From positions 17,484,001 to 17,548,000 of the forward strand of contig CM060733.1 in NCBI GenBank assembly GCA_030704615.1: a stretch of 64,000 nt of DNA. Reading direction: 5' to 3'. The DNA is from Takakia lepidozioides. Taxonomy: Eukaryota > Plantae > Bryophyta. The notes under the pieces were generated by a model, which was not told the DNA's origin, made no database searches, and saw only the letters and a program-made list of their open reading frames with translations. This document shows positions 49,901 through 63,011 of this stretch, one piece after another. The first letter of the stretch is position 1; every line of letters starts with the position of its first letter. Both the position numbers and the translations under genes were made by a program.

Positions 49901-51829
49901 CCACACATGCCGTTGAGAGGTGATGCAGTTTCTCCAATTGCATGGTCGGCTGCATGGCCCGAGAATAGTGTTTTGCAATCTCGGGGATGAAGTCCTTTCC
50001 AAGTGCCGGATCTGCAATTGCCACCAGCTTCACAAGCTTTGACTTGTATTTGGTTCTTGACTTGACACCGGCTTCCTTCAAGTGCTCAGTCAATGACTGC
50101 AACGTTTTGACCTGCCCCTCACTTTCCATGAAGAAGCGTTTGGCATGGGCCAAATCCAGCTTGATGTTTGACTGCCAACAAAAACATGCAGAAGCGTTAC
50201 ATTCGATTCATGTGGAAACATTACTGAAAATTGGGGAAGGATGAGCAGAGGGAAATTGGAGGACGACTTACTTCGTATATCACCTCCACCATTCCATCCA
50301 TAGTGAGACGATACCATGTCCGGTCTGTTTTTGCAACGGCTTTCTGAATGAGCTCGGGCTCCAGCATTTCCGCAAACATCTGCGGATCAGTGAGACCAGT
50401 TTTCCTCACCCTGTACAGCATATGTGCCATGTGGGTATGCACGTACGCATTCTCAGTGACATTGCAAGGCACACTCTCCAGTTCAGTACACGGAAGCACG
50501 GAAACAAACCAGAATGGAAACCGAAATGCGGCACCGCATTTCGAACGTGCTAGGGAGGGTATGAGTATCTTACGAGGTGAGGTCCGCCATGGCATTCTTG
50601 AGCAGGGAGGAGTCTGCCGCCTTCACCTTCAGGATGACACACTCCACCATGTAATGCCAGCCAATGTGCTTGGCATGGTTCTGCTTGATGTACTCCCACC
50701 ACGCGAGAAGTCGGTGATTCCCGTCCCACACAAAGAACATTTTACCCGACATATGGCCGAAGTCTGGATCACCCTTCAGCGTCGCCTCGAATTCGTCGTT
50801 GCGAGTGTGCCAGTGGGTATCCCACGTTGACAATTCATCGGCAGTGGGTCCACGAGTTTCGCCGTCCTCATTCTCAATGGAAACGTAAAACACTGCCGAT
50901 CCCAGACGGTACCCTTCTCGAAATGCGAACTTGAGCTTATCCACATCTCCGGGAAGGGCCTGCCTGACGATGGGAAGGGAGACCATGCAACAGAGTGGGA
51001 TTCGAAGAGTCCGCTGGAATACCCTGCTGCCCAGAACTCTGCCAATGCTACTGTGTGTCTCCTCCAACATTTTATCCGCTGCACTTTTGAAATCCTCCGG
51101 AGACATGTCTGTAGGTGCCGGTAGTGGCTGAGCAGCTGGAGCATCCTCAACTGGAGCTGCACTCTGGGGCCTGTCTGCGGGCAATTCTGCCATTGCAGAG
51201 GCCTCCTCCGGACCTGCTTGCTCATTGGTGGTGAGGTCTTGCTGCGAACGTTGAGCGGCAGCACCCTCCTCCGGTACCAAATCGAGATCAACGGTCGATC
51301 CCATTGCCTTCGCTGCAGCAGAGTCGGCCCCAACATCTGCAGGTGGGAAATCCTCCAGGAACTGAGCTTCAGCTCGTGGAAGCGGTTTTGCGGGAGATTG
51401 TTCGCCCGTCGCCCTGATTGCCTTATGCTTCCTCATCCTTGCAGGTGAAGGTGTCTGCTGCAATTGAATATGTCTTCTACCCTGCTGCTTCATTCGCGTT
51501 GGGGGGGGTGAATCGGCCTGAGCCGGTTCAGAAGCCAGTAGAGGGACGGGCTGCTTCTTCTTCGACTTTGCTGGAGAAGGGCCCGACCCCTGCTGGCGAT
51601 TCTCCATGACCGAAGAACGCGAGTCGATCTCTGGGGCTTTGAACTTGCCCTTCGAAGACGCGTCTTTGAATCGCACAGGGCTAGGCCCGGCAGGAATACC
51701 CGCGCTCGGGGATCGGGTGGGTGTACGTGCTGCAGCTAGCTCCTCGGACTCTTCCTGCGGCTCTTCGGATTCCTGCGATCCCTCCAGCACGTCCACCTTT
51801 CCTGTTAGGCATGCAAACATGTTCTGCAT
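46945..51829 (-). pseudogene. Family-A ParB-MTase fusion gene; exon 1 intact (419-aa ORF including DGNHRLLAW), later lesions
   Basis: Relative to the 27797 copy: 14-nt deletion at ~48241, larger deletion at ~49800, altered exon-2 acceptor at ~50461. Confidence 0.8.
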
Positions 51830-52321
51830 TCAAGTCTCCTAGCATTCAGTCTAAGAGTTACAGAAGCAAAATGGGGGGTTCGGTGCTCGATCAGCTGCGC
51901 GCTAGCGTAGCTACGGCGTGAGCCCAGCCCCGTGAGCCTGGGAGCTGAGCTCACGTTGAAGCTGCAAAGCGTGAGCTGAGCTCACACTTCAGGGAAGCGT
52001 GAGCGGCACAAATCTGCTGGAGAAGCAGGTCCTATAGGCGAGGATTGCAGGAAGAGGGCCTATTACCGTGGACAAAACAAAGGGGGCCACCATGCACCGT
52101 GTCTGCAATGCCTGCACAAAAAGAGGAATATGAAAATATGGCAGATTTGAGCTCAGAATGATTGACACACTTTATTTGAATTCACAGATAGACGCTTACA
52201 ATGAATGGCATGTGCATTTGCCCTGGTTCCGTGAACGAAATGTATGTGTTTGTCATAAATGCAAAGTCTTCACACGGTAACCTAGAAACTAGCATGGGAA
52301 GCGGGCATGGCTCGTATGTGT

Positions 52322-53534
52322 TCAAAGAGAATTTGGCGGAGCCCCACGTGAGGTGTCCCGCTGCAGAAGGGTGATGACTTCTCCGTAGCCTAGTGTGGCT
52401 TGGTGAATGAATTGGTCTCTCTTACCGTCGCAACACATAATTACAAGGTATATGTAATATTGATGCTTGCAGAGGATCCACTTCCCTCTCATGCCGAGAG
52501 CGCCCTCACGCATCGTTACAAAATCCGGACAAGTGCATTTAGGGAAATTCCCCACGGTAACCTGATATTCTTTGCCATGAAAAATTGAGCCAATAGACAG
52601 CACTGGGTAAATCCGTCCATACCCCGGGGCAGGGACTTCGGTGATACGAGTCACCCGAGCCTGCAAAATTCTAGCCGATTCCATCTTGCATTTGTGATTT
52701 GCACCCGATTCGTCATCAGCCGATTAGCGCTGTTTCTCAGCCGAGGGCAAGAAATATTCACGCACTTGCAATGCCCAACACAAACCGACCTTCGAAATTT
52801 CAATCCAATGTCGTTGTGGATGTTTGATGTTTTTGTCATGCACCAAGGGTGTCCGTCATGTTTCTTGTCCATGCCTTGCAGAAGCCTAGCCAGTCCACTG
52901 GAAGACGTGGGAGGGTTGAGCTCAAACAAGATGTCCCCATCAAACTTTGTTGGCACGTATTGAACCCGCTGCACACGAATGGACTCCCAATCAACAAAAC
53001 GCAGCTCGCTCTTGCACCCAGGCACCCTGCGAGGGCTTTCAATTTCGGAATGACACTCGTTATCTCCTGCAATTCGTCATCATCCAAGATGGGAGTCTGC
53101 ACTGGCGGAGGAATCTCAGAAACATCCTCCGAGGACGAGTCTGAAAGAGTCACGAATGTAGTGGATGTGCTCACCTCTTGTTTCACATGAACTGTGCCCT
53201 TCTGCTGCACGACTGATGCTGCAGTGCCAGGGGTAACTACTGATCCTGCTGATTGTCTTCTCTCTTTTCCAAGGACACAGGATGTGCCTGGAAGGACTCT
53301 CCACTTCCTTCCACACTCGCCAACCAATGGTTTCTCCAAGTGCCCAGAATCCAAATTCCCATCCTCGTCATACACCTCTTTTTGAACAAGCAGAGAACCC
53401 AATTCCAGCGGGAACACTGTAACCAGCTCATCCTCATGAACAACTGCAAACCCATTGTCGTCTGTAGTGGTAGTCAGTGGAAGACTACCTTCATTGGAAT
53501 GAAATCGAGCGAGTCTATCTTGCTCCCTCGACAT
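52322..53534 (-). pseudogene. Internally deleted B-type transposase (N-terminus and GCM-like start joined to the SWIM region)
   Basis: NGFAVV, KKHDGHPWC and CTCPDF...CKHQYY are present; the DDE core is missing. Confidence 0.85.
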
Positions 53535-53899
53535 GTTTTCCTCCACTGACCAAAAATTGCGATTCACAACGGAATCCCCGAACTGATAGCCCGTAATTCT
53601 CGAAAGGGGATCCACCACAAACAAACTGAGGTCAATAAGGTTAGCACTAACCCAAAGACTGTGGGCGATGCCTGCAAAGGATGTAGGAATGACATGCACC
53701 GAACTTCGCAGACAACCACACTGAGAGACACCAACCAGAAAAACTGTTTAGGGTGACAAGAAGCCACAAGAAGCCGTGTTGTATTTGGATGAAAAACAAA
53801 CCCTAAACATGACATGAAACCATCAATTATGGAAAGACGACAACAACCCTAGAGAGCAGTAAACAAGAAGACCCCGAATGTAATGAGGTTGTGTTGTGC

Positions 53900-54716
53900 A
53901 CCTTGTCATTGTTTTTTTCATTTGGAATCGGCCTTATAGGGTATCTCTTTGAGCTTCAATGCACACTTACCTGGCAGCTCTAGCAGTGTGTGTCAACGCA
54001 CACTGTTTGAGCCCACCTTGTCATTCTTTTTTTCATTTGGAAATCGGCCTCATAGGCATCTCTTTGTTGTTCAATGCACACTTACCTGTCAGCTCCAGCA
54101 GTGTGCGTCAACGCACACTATTTGAGCCCACCTTGTCATTGTTTTTTTTCATGTGAAAATCGGCCACATAGGGCATCTCTTTGAGCTTCAATAAACACTT
54201 ACGTGGTAGCTCCAGCAGCATGCGTCAATGCACACTGTTTGAGCCCACCATGTCATTATATTTTTAATCTGAAAATCGGCCCCATAGGGCATCTCTTTGA
54301 GCTTCAATGCACACTTACGTGGCAGCTCAAATAGTGTGCGTCAACGCACACTGTTTGAGCCCAACTTGTCATTGTTTTTTTCATGTGAAAATTGGCCACA
54401 TAGTGCATGTATTTGAGGTTCAATGCAGACTTACCTGGCAGCTCAAACAGTGTGCGTCAACGCACACTGTTCCAGCCCACCATGTCATTGTTTTTTTTTA
54501 TATGAAAATCGGCCACATAGGGCATCTCTTTTAGCCTCAATACACACTTACGTGGCAGCTCAAACAGTGTGCGTCAACGCACACTGTTTGACCCCAACAT
54601 GTCTTTATTTTTTTCATGTGAAAATCGGCCACATAGAGCATGTATTTGAGGTTCAATGCAGACTGACGTGGCAGCTCAAATAGTGTGCGTCAACGCACAC
54701 TGTTGCAGGCATCCAT

Positions 54717-54751
<35 letters not shown>

Positions 54752-56940
54752 AAAATCGGCCACATAGGGCATCTCAAGGCAGCTCCAGCAGTGTGCGTCA
54801 ACGCACACTGTTTGAGCACACCATGTCATTATTTTTTTAATCTGAAAATCGGCCACATAAGGCATCTCTTTGAGCTTCAATGCACACTTACGTGGCAGCT
54901 CAAATAGTGTGCGTCAACGCACACTGTTTGAACCCAACTTGTCATTGTTTTTTTCATGTGAAAATTGGCCACATAGGGCATGTATTTGAGGTTCAATGCA
55001 GACTTACCTGGCAGCTCAAACAGTGTGCGTCAACGCACACTGTTCCAGCCCACCATGTCATTGTTTTTTTTAATATGAAAATCGGCCACATAGGGCATCT
55101 CTTTTAGCCTCAATACACACTTACGTGGCAGCTCAAACAGTGTGCGTCAACGCACACTGTTTGACCCCAACATGTCTTTATTTTTTTCATGTGAAAATCG
55201 GCCACATAGGGCATGTATTTGAGGTTCAATGCAGACTGACGTGGCAGCTCAAACAGTGTGCGTCAACGCACACTGTTGCAGACATCCATGTGTTTTTTTT
55301 TTTTTTTTGAAAATCGGCCACATATGGCATCTCAAGGCAGCTCCAGCAGTGTGCGTCAACGCACACTGTTTGAGCACACCATGTCATTATTTTTTTAATC
55401 TGAAAATCGGCCACATATGGCATCTCTTTGAGCTTCAATGCACACTTACGTGGCAGCTCAAATAGTGTGCGTCAACGCACACTGTTTGAACCCAACTTGT
55501 CATTGTTTTTTTCATGTGAAAATTGGCCACATATGGCATGTATTTGAGGTTCAATGCAGACTTACCTGGCAGCTCAAACAGTGTGCGTCAACGCACACTG
55601 TTCCAGCCCACCATGTCATTGTTTTTTTTTATATGAAAATCGGCCACATAGGGCATCTCTTTTAGCCTCAATACACACTTACGTGGCAGCTCAAACAGTG
55701 TGCGTCAACGCACACTGTTTGACCCCAACATGTCTTAATTTTTTTCATGTGAAAATTGGCCACATAAGGCATGTATTTGAGGTTCAATGCAGACTTACGT
55801 GGCAGCTCAAACAGTGTGCGTCAACGCACACTATTGCAGGCATCCATGTTTTTTTTTTTTTTTTTTTTTTTCCTGAAAATCGGCCACATAGGGCATCTCA
55901 AGGCAGCTCCAGCAGTGTGCGTCAACGCACACTGTTTGAGCACACCATGTCATTATTTTTTTAATCTGAAAATCGGCCACATAAGGCATCTCTTTGAACT
56001 TCAATGCACACTTACGTGGCAGCTCAAATAGTGTCCGTCAACGCACACTGTTCTAGCCAACCATGTTTTTTTTTTTTTTTTTTTTTAAATAAAAATAAAA
56101 TCGGCCACATAGGGCATCTCTTTGAGCTTTAATCCACACTTACGTGGCAACTCCAGCAGTGTGCGTCAACGCACACTGTTCGAGTCCACCATGTCATTAT
56201 TTTTTTAATCTGAAAATCGGCCACATATGGCATCTCTTTGAGCTTCAATGCACACTTACGTGGCAGCTCAAATAGTGTGCGTCAACGCACACTGTTTGAG
56301 CCCAACTTGTCATTGTTTTTTTCATGTGAAAATCGGCCACATAGGGCATGTATTTGAGGTTCAATGCAGACTTACCTAGCAACTCAAAGAGTGTGCGTCA
56401 ATGCACACTGTTCCAGCCCACCATGTCATTGTTTTTTTTATCTGAAAATAGGCCACATAGAGCATCTCTTTGAGCTTCAATACACACTTACGTGGCAGCT
56501 CAAACAGTGTGCATCAACGCACACTGTTTCAGCCAACTTGTCATTGTTTTTTTCACGTGAAAATCGGCCACATAGGGCATGTATTTGAGGTTCAATGCAG
56601 ACTTACCTGGCAGCTCAAACAGTGTGCGTCAACGCACACTGTTCCAGCCCACCATGTCATTGTTTTTTTTATCTGAAAATCGGCCACATAGGTGATCTCT
56701 TTGAGCGTCAATGCACACTTACCTGGCAGCTGGCATTTTAGAATCGACCACAAAGGTCATCTCTGTCAGGTTCAATTCACACTTACCTGGCAGTCCAAAC
56801 GGTGTGCGTCAACGCACACGGTTTGAGCCCCCCTGATTTGCTTGTTTATGGATATGGAAATTGTGCACCTACGGCTAGTCTGGCAAGTTCATTCGACTCC
56901 AAAATGGAAGCTCAAACAGTGTGCGCGGACGCACACTGTT
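53900..56940. repeat. Satellite-like tandem array, ~27 monomers of ~116 bp each with palindrome CAGTGTG-CG-TCAA-CG-CACACTG; ~560-570-bp five-monomer higher-order repeat
   Basis: Palindrome starts at 53984, 54099, 54216, 54332, 54448 and onward. Higher-order units recur at ~54307, 54880 and 55438. Confidence 0.95.
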
Positions 56941-57360
56941 TGCTTTGAGGAGAGAGAATGAGTGTATAGCAGCCACCCCCGCAGCAGCCGACCTCGACAT
57001 TCATGATAGAAATTTGAGGACTCTTGCAGAGAAGGAGCCTCCCGCTCAGGATACCCTGGGTAGAGGTAGAAAGGCAAAGGGAAAAGATGTTGTTGGTGGT
57101 GTGAGGAAAGGAAGGGGTAGGGGGAAGGGGGCACAAGGGCAGGTAGGTGGGCTATCACACCTATTTGGACTTCTTTCAAGTCCTCCTCGGTCTTACGTGC
57201 AACCTGTCTATGCGGAGGCACTCGCAACAAGCATGTCCATTCATGGCACTCGCTGTCCGCCCATTGACGGCCGTGGTAGAAGACGTGGTGTTGGGGCCAG
57301 AATCTTTGTGGATGACATAGCACAGGAGGTCGAGAGTGATTCTGATGACTGTGACACTTG
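56941..57360 (+). pseudogene. Fragment of an E-like ParB-MTase gene
   Basis: LRRENECIAATPAAADLDIHDRNLRTLAEKEPPAQD is near-identical to 17445-17640. Confidence 0.7.
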
Positions 57361-58000
57361 ATATGAAGTTTTCTTTTGGTTTTATTCGGGGCCAAATTTG
57401 AAATGGGATGGTTGTGTGTCCTTGTTGTCCTGTTTGCAATGTGTGCGTGGGATGCAACTTCATGGGAACAAACTATTATTGGAGATGGGGGTTGCATGGA
57501 CTGCCCGGATTGTTCCTTCAATCTATTTAGAGTTTTGTGGACCTCACAGGCTTGAGTGCATTTCAAAAACAAACAATCGACTTTGATTCGTGTACAGCAT
57601 TCTCGCATCATTTGCTCGTTTGTCTCCAAACCATTCCTGCTAGAAGAATGCTTGGTGAATCCATCGAAGTGAAGTCCACGTGATCAAAGATCGTTCAGGC
57701 ATTCTCAAATCTGGTGAGCATCCATGATGCTCCCGCACATACTTGGCATGCTCACAAAGGTGGTGAGTAAGAAAAGATTTCGCAGGGATCCGCTTTAGAT
57801 GATGTCAGTGTGCACCTCCTCACGACGTACCCACATTCCAATGCAGAGTTTGGCTTTCCGTCCTTAAGCTCCCGACAGTCTCGAGGCTGAGCCAAAAGCC
57901 CAGGCCCTCCTGAGGCCTAGTTTTTGGGCAAATTACACACAGCAGATTGATGCTTGTGTGAAGGGATTTCTAGAGGATATCTGGAAAACCTGGATTAATT

Positions 58001-58070
58001 AACTAACGTATGTGAAGGGGGAACGGAAATGCGGTACTGCATTTCCGTTCACATTGAAAATCATGAACCA
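58001..58070. repeat. Isolated ~70-bp family-A array fragment at the inversion junction
   Basis: Matches 26861-26928 and abuts the end of AKR exon 4. Confidence 0.8.
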
Positions 58071-58385
58071 AATACAGGTCAAGATAGTCAATTTGTAACT
58101 CAGCAAGCGTCACATCCAAGGCCTTGGGCACATCCTCAAGTGCATGCTCTGTGTTCCTGCAGCCATGCAATATTCCTTAATACTACACGCTGACACTCCG
58201 TTAATAATCCAACCTACAAACCCCACATGTAGGTAGGTAACGTCCCGAGAATCTGGAACTTTCTACCCTCACAAGCAGAAAATTAGGATCAGATGCTAGA
58301 GAACTGACCATAGTTTAGAAGTGATCCATAAATCTTCGCGTTTGACAATGCCTTCCTTGAACATCTGCTGTAGGGCATCCCCAAT
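58069..58385 (-). pseudogene. Host AKR4C-like exon 3 (58385-58309) and exon 4 (58156-58069), inverted relative to exons 1-2
   Basis: IGDALQQMFKEGIVKREDLWITSKLW / [29 protein letters not shown], with AG/GT boundaries. Confidence 0.9.
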
Positions 58386-59413
58386 CTACCAACACATTCC
58401 CATCCATGCACGCGGTTTGTTTTTCATCAAACAGAAACATCTTCAAGGACTTACATGGCAAAATTTACATGGCACTCGCCCAAATCCAGAGAGTCGGGAG
58501 AAACATGCAGAACCTGCACAAGATACCTAGTATATGCAGCAGAAATCAGGAAAGGAAAATGAGAGGTTTACTATTTCATGAGCAGAAACCATGAGCCATG
58601 AGCCATGAGCCGCATGAGCCGCATGAGCGGTGAGCCGAAGTCTAAGATACGCGGATTTCATGAGCGGACTCCTCCAAATTTGGAAATGCGGCAGATTAAA
58701 CAAGTATTAAAATAATAGTTTTTTTATTTGACCTTGCCGTTTTTGGACGTTCTAGATCATGTAATGCGGCGAAGATATGTCGTCAGTAACAAGTCCGCTC
58801 ATGGTTTTTTAGATCCGCTCATGGAAATAAGTGACCGTGCAACGGGAAATCCAGTATACCACTGCAAAAGGACGTCGCATACTGGCCTGTATAGAGTATT
58901 CCGCGGTTTTACATGCCTTAACATTGGAATGAAGCTGACCCTTTTGCCGCGATTGAACCAATGGAGTCTGCACCAATACAGTCTGCAGTACTTCACAATT
59001 CTGTCTTCTTCGGGTATTCGGCGGGAAAGGTTTGCAACTGAACTGGGAAATAGGGTGCCGCATTAGGGTTCACACGTGCGAAATTTCGGAGCGGTTTGGT
59101 GTTGGCGAAGGCCGCCTCTGGGGGTACCTACGACGATACTTGGAAATGCGGCGCCGCATTTCTTGTCGGAGGTCGAATGAGGAAAGCAAGTTTTCGGAAA
59201 GCAGAAAAACATGAACCCTCCAACATACAAAAATACATGCACGTGGAAACAAGTGAACGATATAGTAATATCTTAGTTCGAGCAAAACAGGTTACTGGTA
59301 GGCAAGACATATGTCGGACCTTTGTGTGGCCAGAGTCTGAGGTACTGGCAGCAGTACAGTTCTACTATCCGAAAAGGATGGGCGTACCATTGTATGTGGA
59401 CCGCAAGCCAAGC

Positions 59414-62400
59414 TCACTGGTCCCCTGGATCCATATTCAGAAGAGTGTGAACCTCCTGGGGGCTCAACCCTGGTGCATGTATGAAGTGATGAGTTGTGGA
59501 ATTACAACGGAGTCTCTTTAGGTACACGTAGTACAAATGCTTGCAAGGGCAGTATGATGCCCCCTTGTTCGCCATGATCTGGAAGTCGGTGCAATTGCAG
59601 GTGGGTAATTCTGAAATGGTGATGGTGTACACCTCATTGCGAACAGCTGAGCCCGCCGTGGCCATCTGATACACACGCCCGAATCCTGGTGGGGCACTTC
59701 TGTCGAGCTCTGGATTGTACAGTTCATCCGAAGTGCATTCCCCATCCTTGTCTCGTTCACTTTTGAGGGAGGTCGCCGCCTCTTCGGTTTCCCCCAACGG
59801 TGTGTAGGATGCTTAGAGCCGTCGTGTCCCATTGTTCTTGCTCTCACAGGGGTCGGTGGTGGAGGCTGTGGAAGCGGAAATGGTTCTCTGGGGACGTCAG
59901 TGCGCTGCACCATCCGAAATCCTGCGGCGGTAAGGGCGTCGGCCTCAACCTAACTCAGATCGCAGCCTGGTTCCACCGGCCACACCGGGGAGCCTCTGGC
60001 ATTGTTTGTATGCCGTACTTGGGCTTTCCATACACGCAAGTCATAATGTCGTGCCTGCAGAACCAGAACTGGGTGGTTGTCGCCTCCGCAAACTTTGCAT
60101 GGACAAATCTTCCTGTAAAAGTAGGAGCAGGGACAGCCCCATCTGGATTCCTCCTTATCATCTCTAAACAACGTTGCCGTGTATCCACACGAATTGCGGA
60201 ACACCTTCCTCGAAATGACGGCTTTGTGCGAGCAATGTGATGCAGACACAGTCGTCTCCACAATGGCTTGGCCATACTGCATAACAGCGGGCGGAATGTG
60301 GGGCAAGGGAGCGGTGGGAATTTTTTGCACGAAATCCCCGGTTGAAGGCGACGGCGATCTGGAATTTCTTGGGCTTCCACTGCTGGAAGACACATTGTGC
60401 GGCAACATGACGGGACCTCGAGGTGCTGTCCGAATGTTCCTGTCGGATCTCCAGGAATCTTCTTCGCACCCGGGTTCCTCTTCAATCCTCCGCCTGACAG
60501 GGCGAGTCCGGACGTCCCCCTCTAGGTGTTCACCTCTGCGGTGCAGAGGCGTCCCTTTGATCTTCTCTCGCAATGCTGTCGCCCATTTCAGTGGATTCTT
60601 GGACCTCGAAGCTGTTCGTACCAACAATTCCTCCCTGTCCGGCCCAAAGCCCCATTGTTTGCCGCTCAGGAACTTGTAGTACGTGGCTTGCTGCATGATT
60701 GCTCTGTCGATGTCCTCCGTTGTGGCCGTCACTACATCCACTAGATGTGCGGCAGAAGACGCTCGCCAGGAGGAGTGGACCGATTCTGCCATATTCGTGT
60801 TCGGCATGTCCGTGTCGGAATCCAAGCACCGCTCCTAGAAGGACACAAACAATGGTGAGGGACTAATCGAAATGTCCGTAACAGAAAGACAAATGAACGA
60901 AATTGACAGCAGCCTACCTCCCGCATGTACTGTCCGAACTGTCGATACCGAAAATGCCACCACCCCAACCAGCTGTGCAATGCTCCCAGATTGGTTGTCT
61001 CCACTGCACCTGACGTGTTCCACCAAGCCTCGATGATAGCAAACTTAACCTCCGCGTCATCAAATGTGGGTGCATCCTTCCACGCCGTACAAAGGACACG
61101 GTGTTCAGCCTGGAATGAGCTAGCAACAAATTTGGTAGTGTAGTGGGATAGACTCTGCATCCAATGGAATCCACAGGATCTCTCTTTCCCCTCCATTGGA
61201 ACATTGGGGTCCTCACCGTACACACGCCGCACCGCTGCCCAGTTGGCCTGAGCGTTGTCTGCCATGAATCCCCTGAAATTGGGCTCTGGCAATCCCGCCC
61301 TTGCCATCTGCTCGTTTATGCCCTCCCACAGATGCATCTCGGACTGTGTGTCCTCCCCTTTCATCTCGCAGATTGCAATCATCATGAGCCTCTTGGAGTG
61401 ATAGTCATAAACATGCGCACCCATAGTCACCCACTAATGGTTTGTAATTCGCTTGATGTGATCAAACATCACCCAAGCATTCGACAAGTTTCCAGTTGTC
61501 ATGCGAGTGACCAAGTTGACTCCACTCCCAGGCCCACACGTCGACATTTTGAAAATGTAACAACGATCGGATTCGCTGCCTTGCCCTGGAAACCTGCTAC
61601 CTTGGATGTAGTCATATCCAGTCATTCGTTTCACCTCCAGGATTGAGTACATGTCCGACCCCCTGCCGAACTCCTGCTTGCAAGATACGATGTGATTCCG
61701 CACATTCGGACTACAAACGTGCGAGACGGACTCCAAGAGGTCACGCATCTCGTCTTCGGTCAAGGGCTCTCGGTCGGAACCATCTTCAGACATGATTTTG
61801 CCAAGAGCAATCTTGTGGGCTGCCTTCAGCTGAATCTGCTTTGGTCTGGATCCGGGGCTCAATTTCACCTCCTCTTTTATGATGTCGTGTGCTTCCTGCA
61901 CAGCCTCACGCATGTTGCCTCTCGCCAAGGGGTGGCAGTGGACCCCAACGTGTATGCAAGCTCTAGTCAAGTCCGGGAGCAAATGGATTACGTAATATTG
62001 CTTGGCTCTGCACATGGACATGCACGTTGGTGGTTCTTTGCAATGTGCACACTTGAAAGAACCCGCAGGAGCTTGGCTGGAGACAATGAATGGATGATGC
62101 GTTGTGCCAGTCCAATCCGTCTCGTTTCTCCGCCCTCCTTTGGAGAGAAAGTGGAAGCAGGTGGGATTGAGGCACCTCAGCTTCCCCGCACAGAGGACAT
62201 ATCGTACACGAACACCATCAGCAATTTTCGTGCTACTGGTCTTCGTCACACACCAGGGGTGTCCGTCATGCTTTCGATCCATGTCTGTTAACATCCCGGA
62301 GGCTTTGTTTGACAAAGAAACAGGTGGAAACTCGAAGATGACATTGCCATCGACTTCGGGAGGCAGAAAAGTTACCTTTCTGACTGGGAATTTGGCATAG

Positions 62401-63011
62401 TTGAGAGCAGCCAGCTCGGAGCGAGAACCATCGAGGTGATGTTGTCGTAGGAGCTGCACAATGGACCGGGTTGGAGTTATGCTCGAGGGCACATTCGTAG
62501 CACCGACAGAGACGTCCATGCCGGATTTGAACGACCGTGTGGAGGACATGGGTACCTCAATGCAATCATCTTCCTTGTCGGAAATGTCGAATACGTCCAC
62601 ACGAGAAGCTATGGAGGGTCTTGACGGTCCAGGTCGGGAATGATTATCGTTGCATACCTCTCTGTTGGCAGTGGCCGCCTCTCGGTTTCCGGACTCCTTT
62701 GTGGATGGTGTGGGCAGCGACTGATTCGGAAAGGGAATGGGCATTCCCACAGCTCGGTACAAGATGGTGTCTGACGGGGGAACGTGCCATTCGATTCCGC
62801 AACCTCCGTCGTTACCTAGCACGACAATGGTCTCGTCAACCTGTCCAGGAACATCCTTCCTTTCTTCTTCCAAATAAACTGTGCCCGGTTTGAGCTTGAA
62901 TTTGGAACAAAGGTAAGTTTCAGTCACTCTGCAAAGTCCTCCCTCGTTTGGGATCCAGGCTCTCCCAAGTTGCGGAGGACAGCAAACTATAGCGTAGGAA
63001 TTCGGAGCCAT
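59414..63011 (-). pseudogene. Family-A transposase with several stops and frameshifts
   Basis: Near-identical to 3553-7159. Stops at ~61434, ~60741 and ~59950; deletion at ~60237. Confidence 0.88.

Larger units (their letters stand above)
43678..51902 (+). mobile_element. Family-A copy A3, left half, inserted in AKR intron 2
   Basis: Left TIR GGGGGTTGCTATTTCATGAGC at 43678, preceded by TSD TCATTTTCC (43669-43677). Reverse-complement copy of 27720-36172. Confidence 0.92.
51903..57360 (-). mobile_element. Family-C (B-related) deleted MULE inserted upstream of the A3 ParB-MTase gene; right boundary uncertain
   Basis: Terminus 5'-TAGCGTAGCTACGGCGTGAGC with GTGAGC repeats begins exactly where family-A homology stops. 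Followed by a transposase remnant, a satellite-like array and a ParB-MTase gene fragment. Confidence 0.65.

Noticed and set aside
27720-51902. A giant ~8-kb inverted repeat as the TIRs of one super-element
   Set aside because: The two arms are separate family-A insertions with different TSDs, and their TIRs face away from the intervening DNA.
53959-56676. Repeated Cys/His-rich ORFs (VCVNAHC...)
   Set aside because: Artefacts of the tandem array, broken by variable poly-T tracts.
57360-58000. Possible second terminus of the family-C element or a further TE
   Set aside because: No GCTCAY-type terminus or matching TSD found; cannot be assigned.
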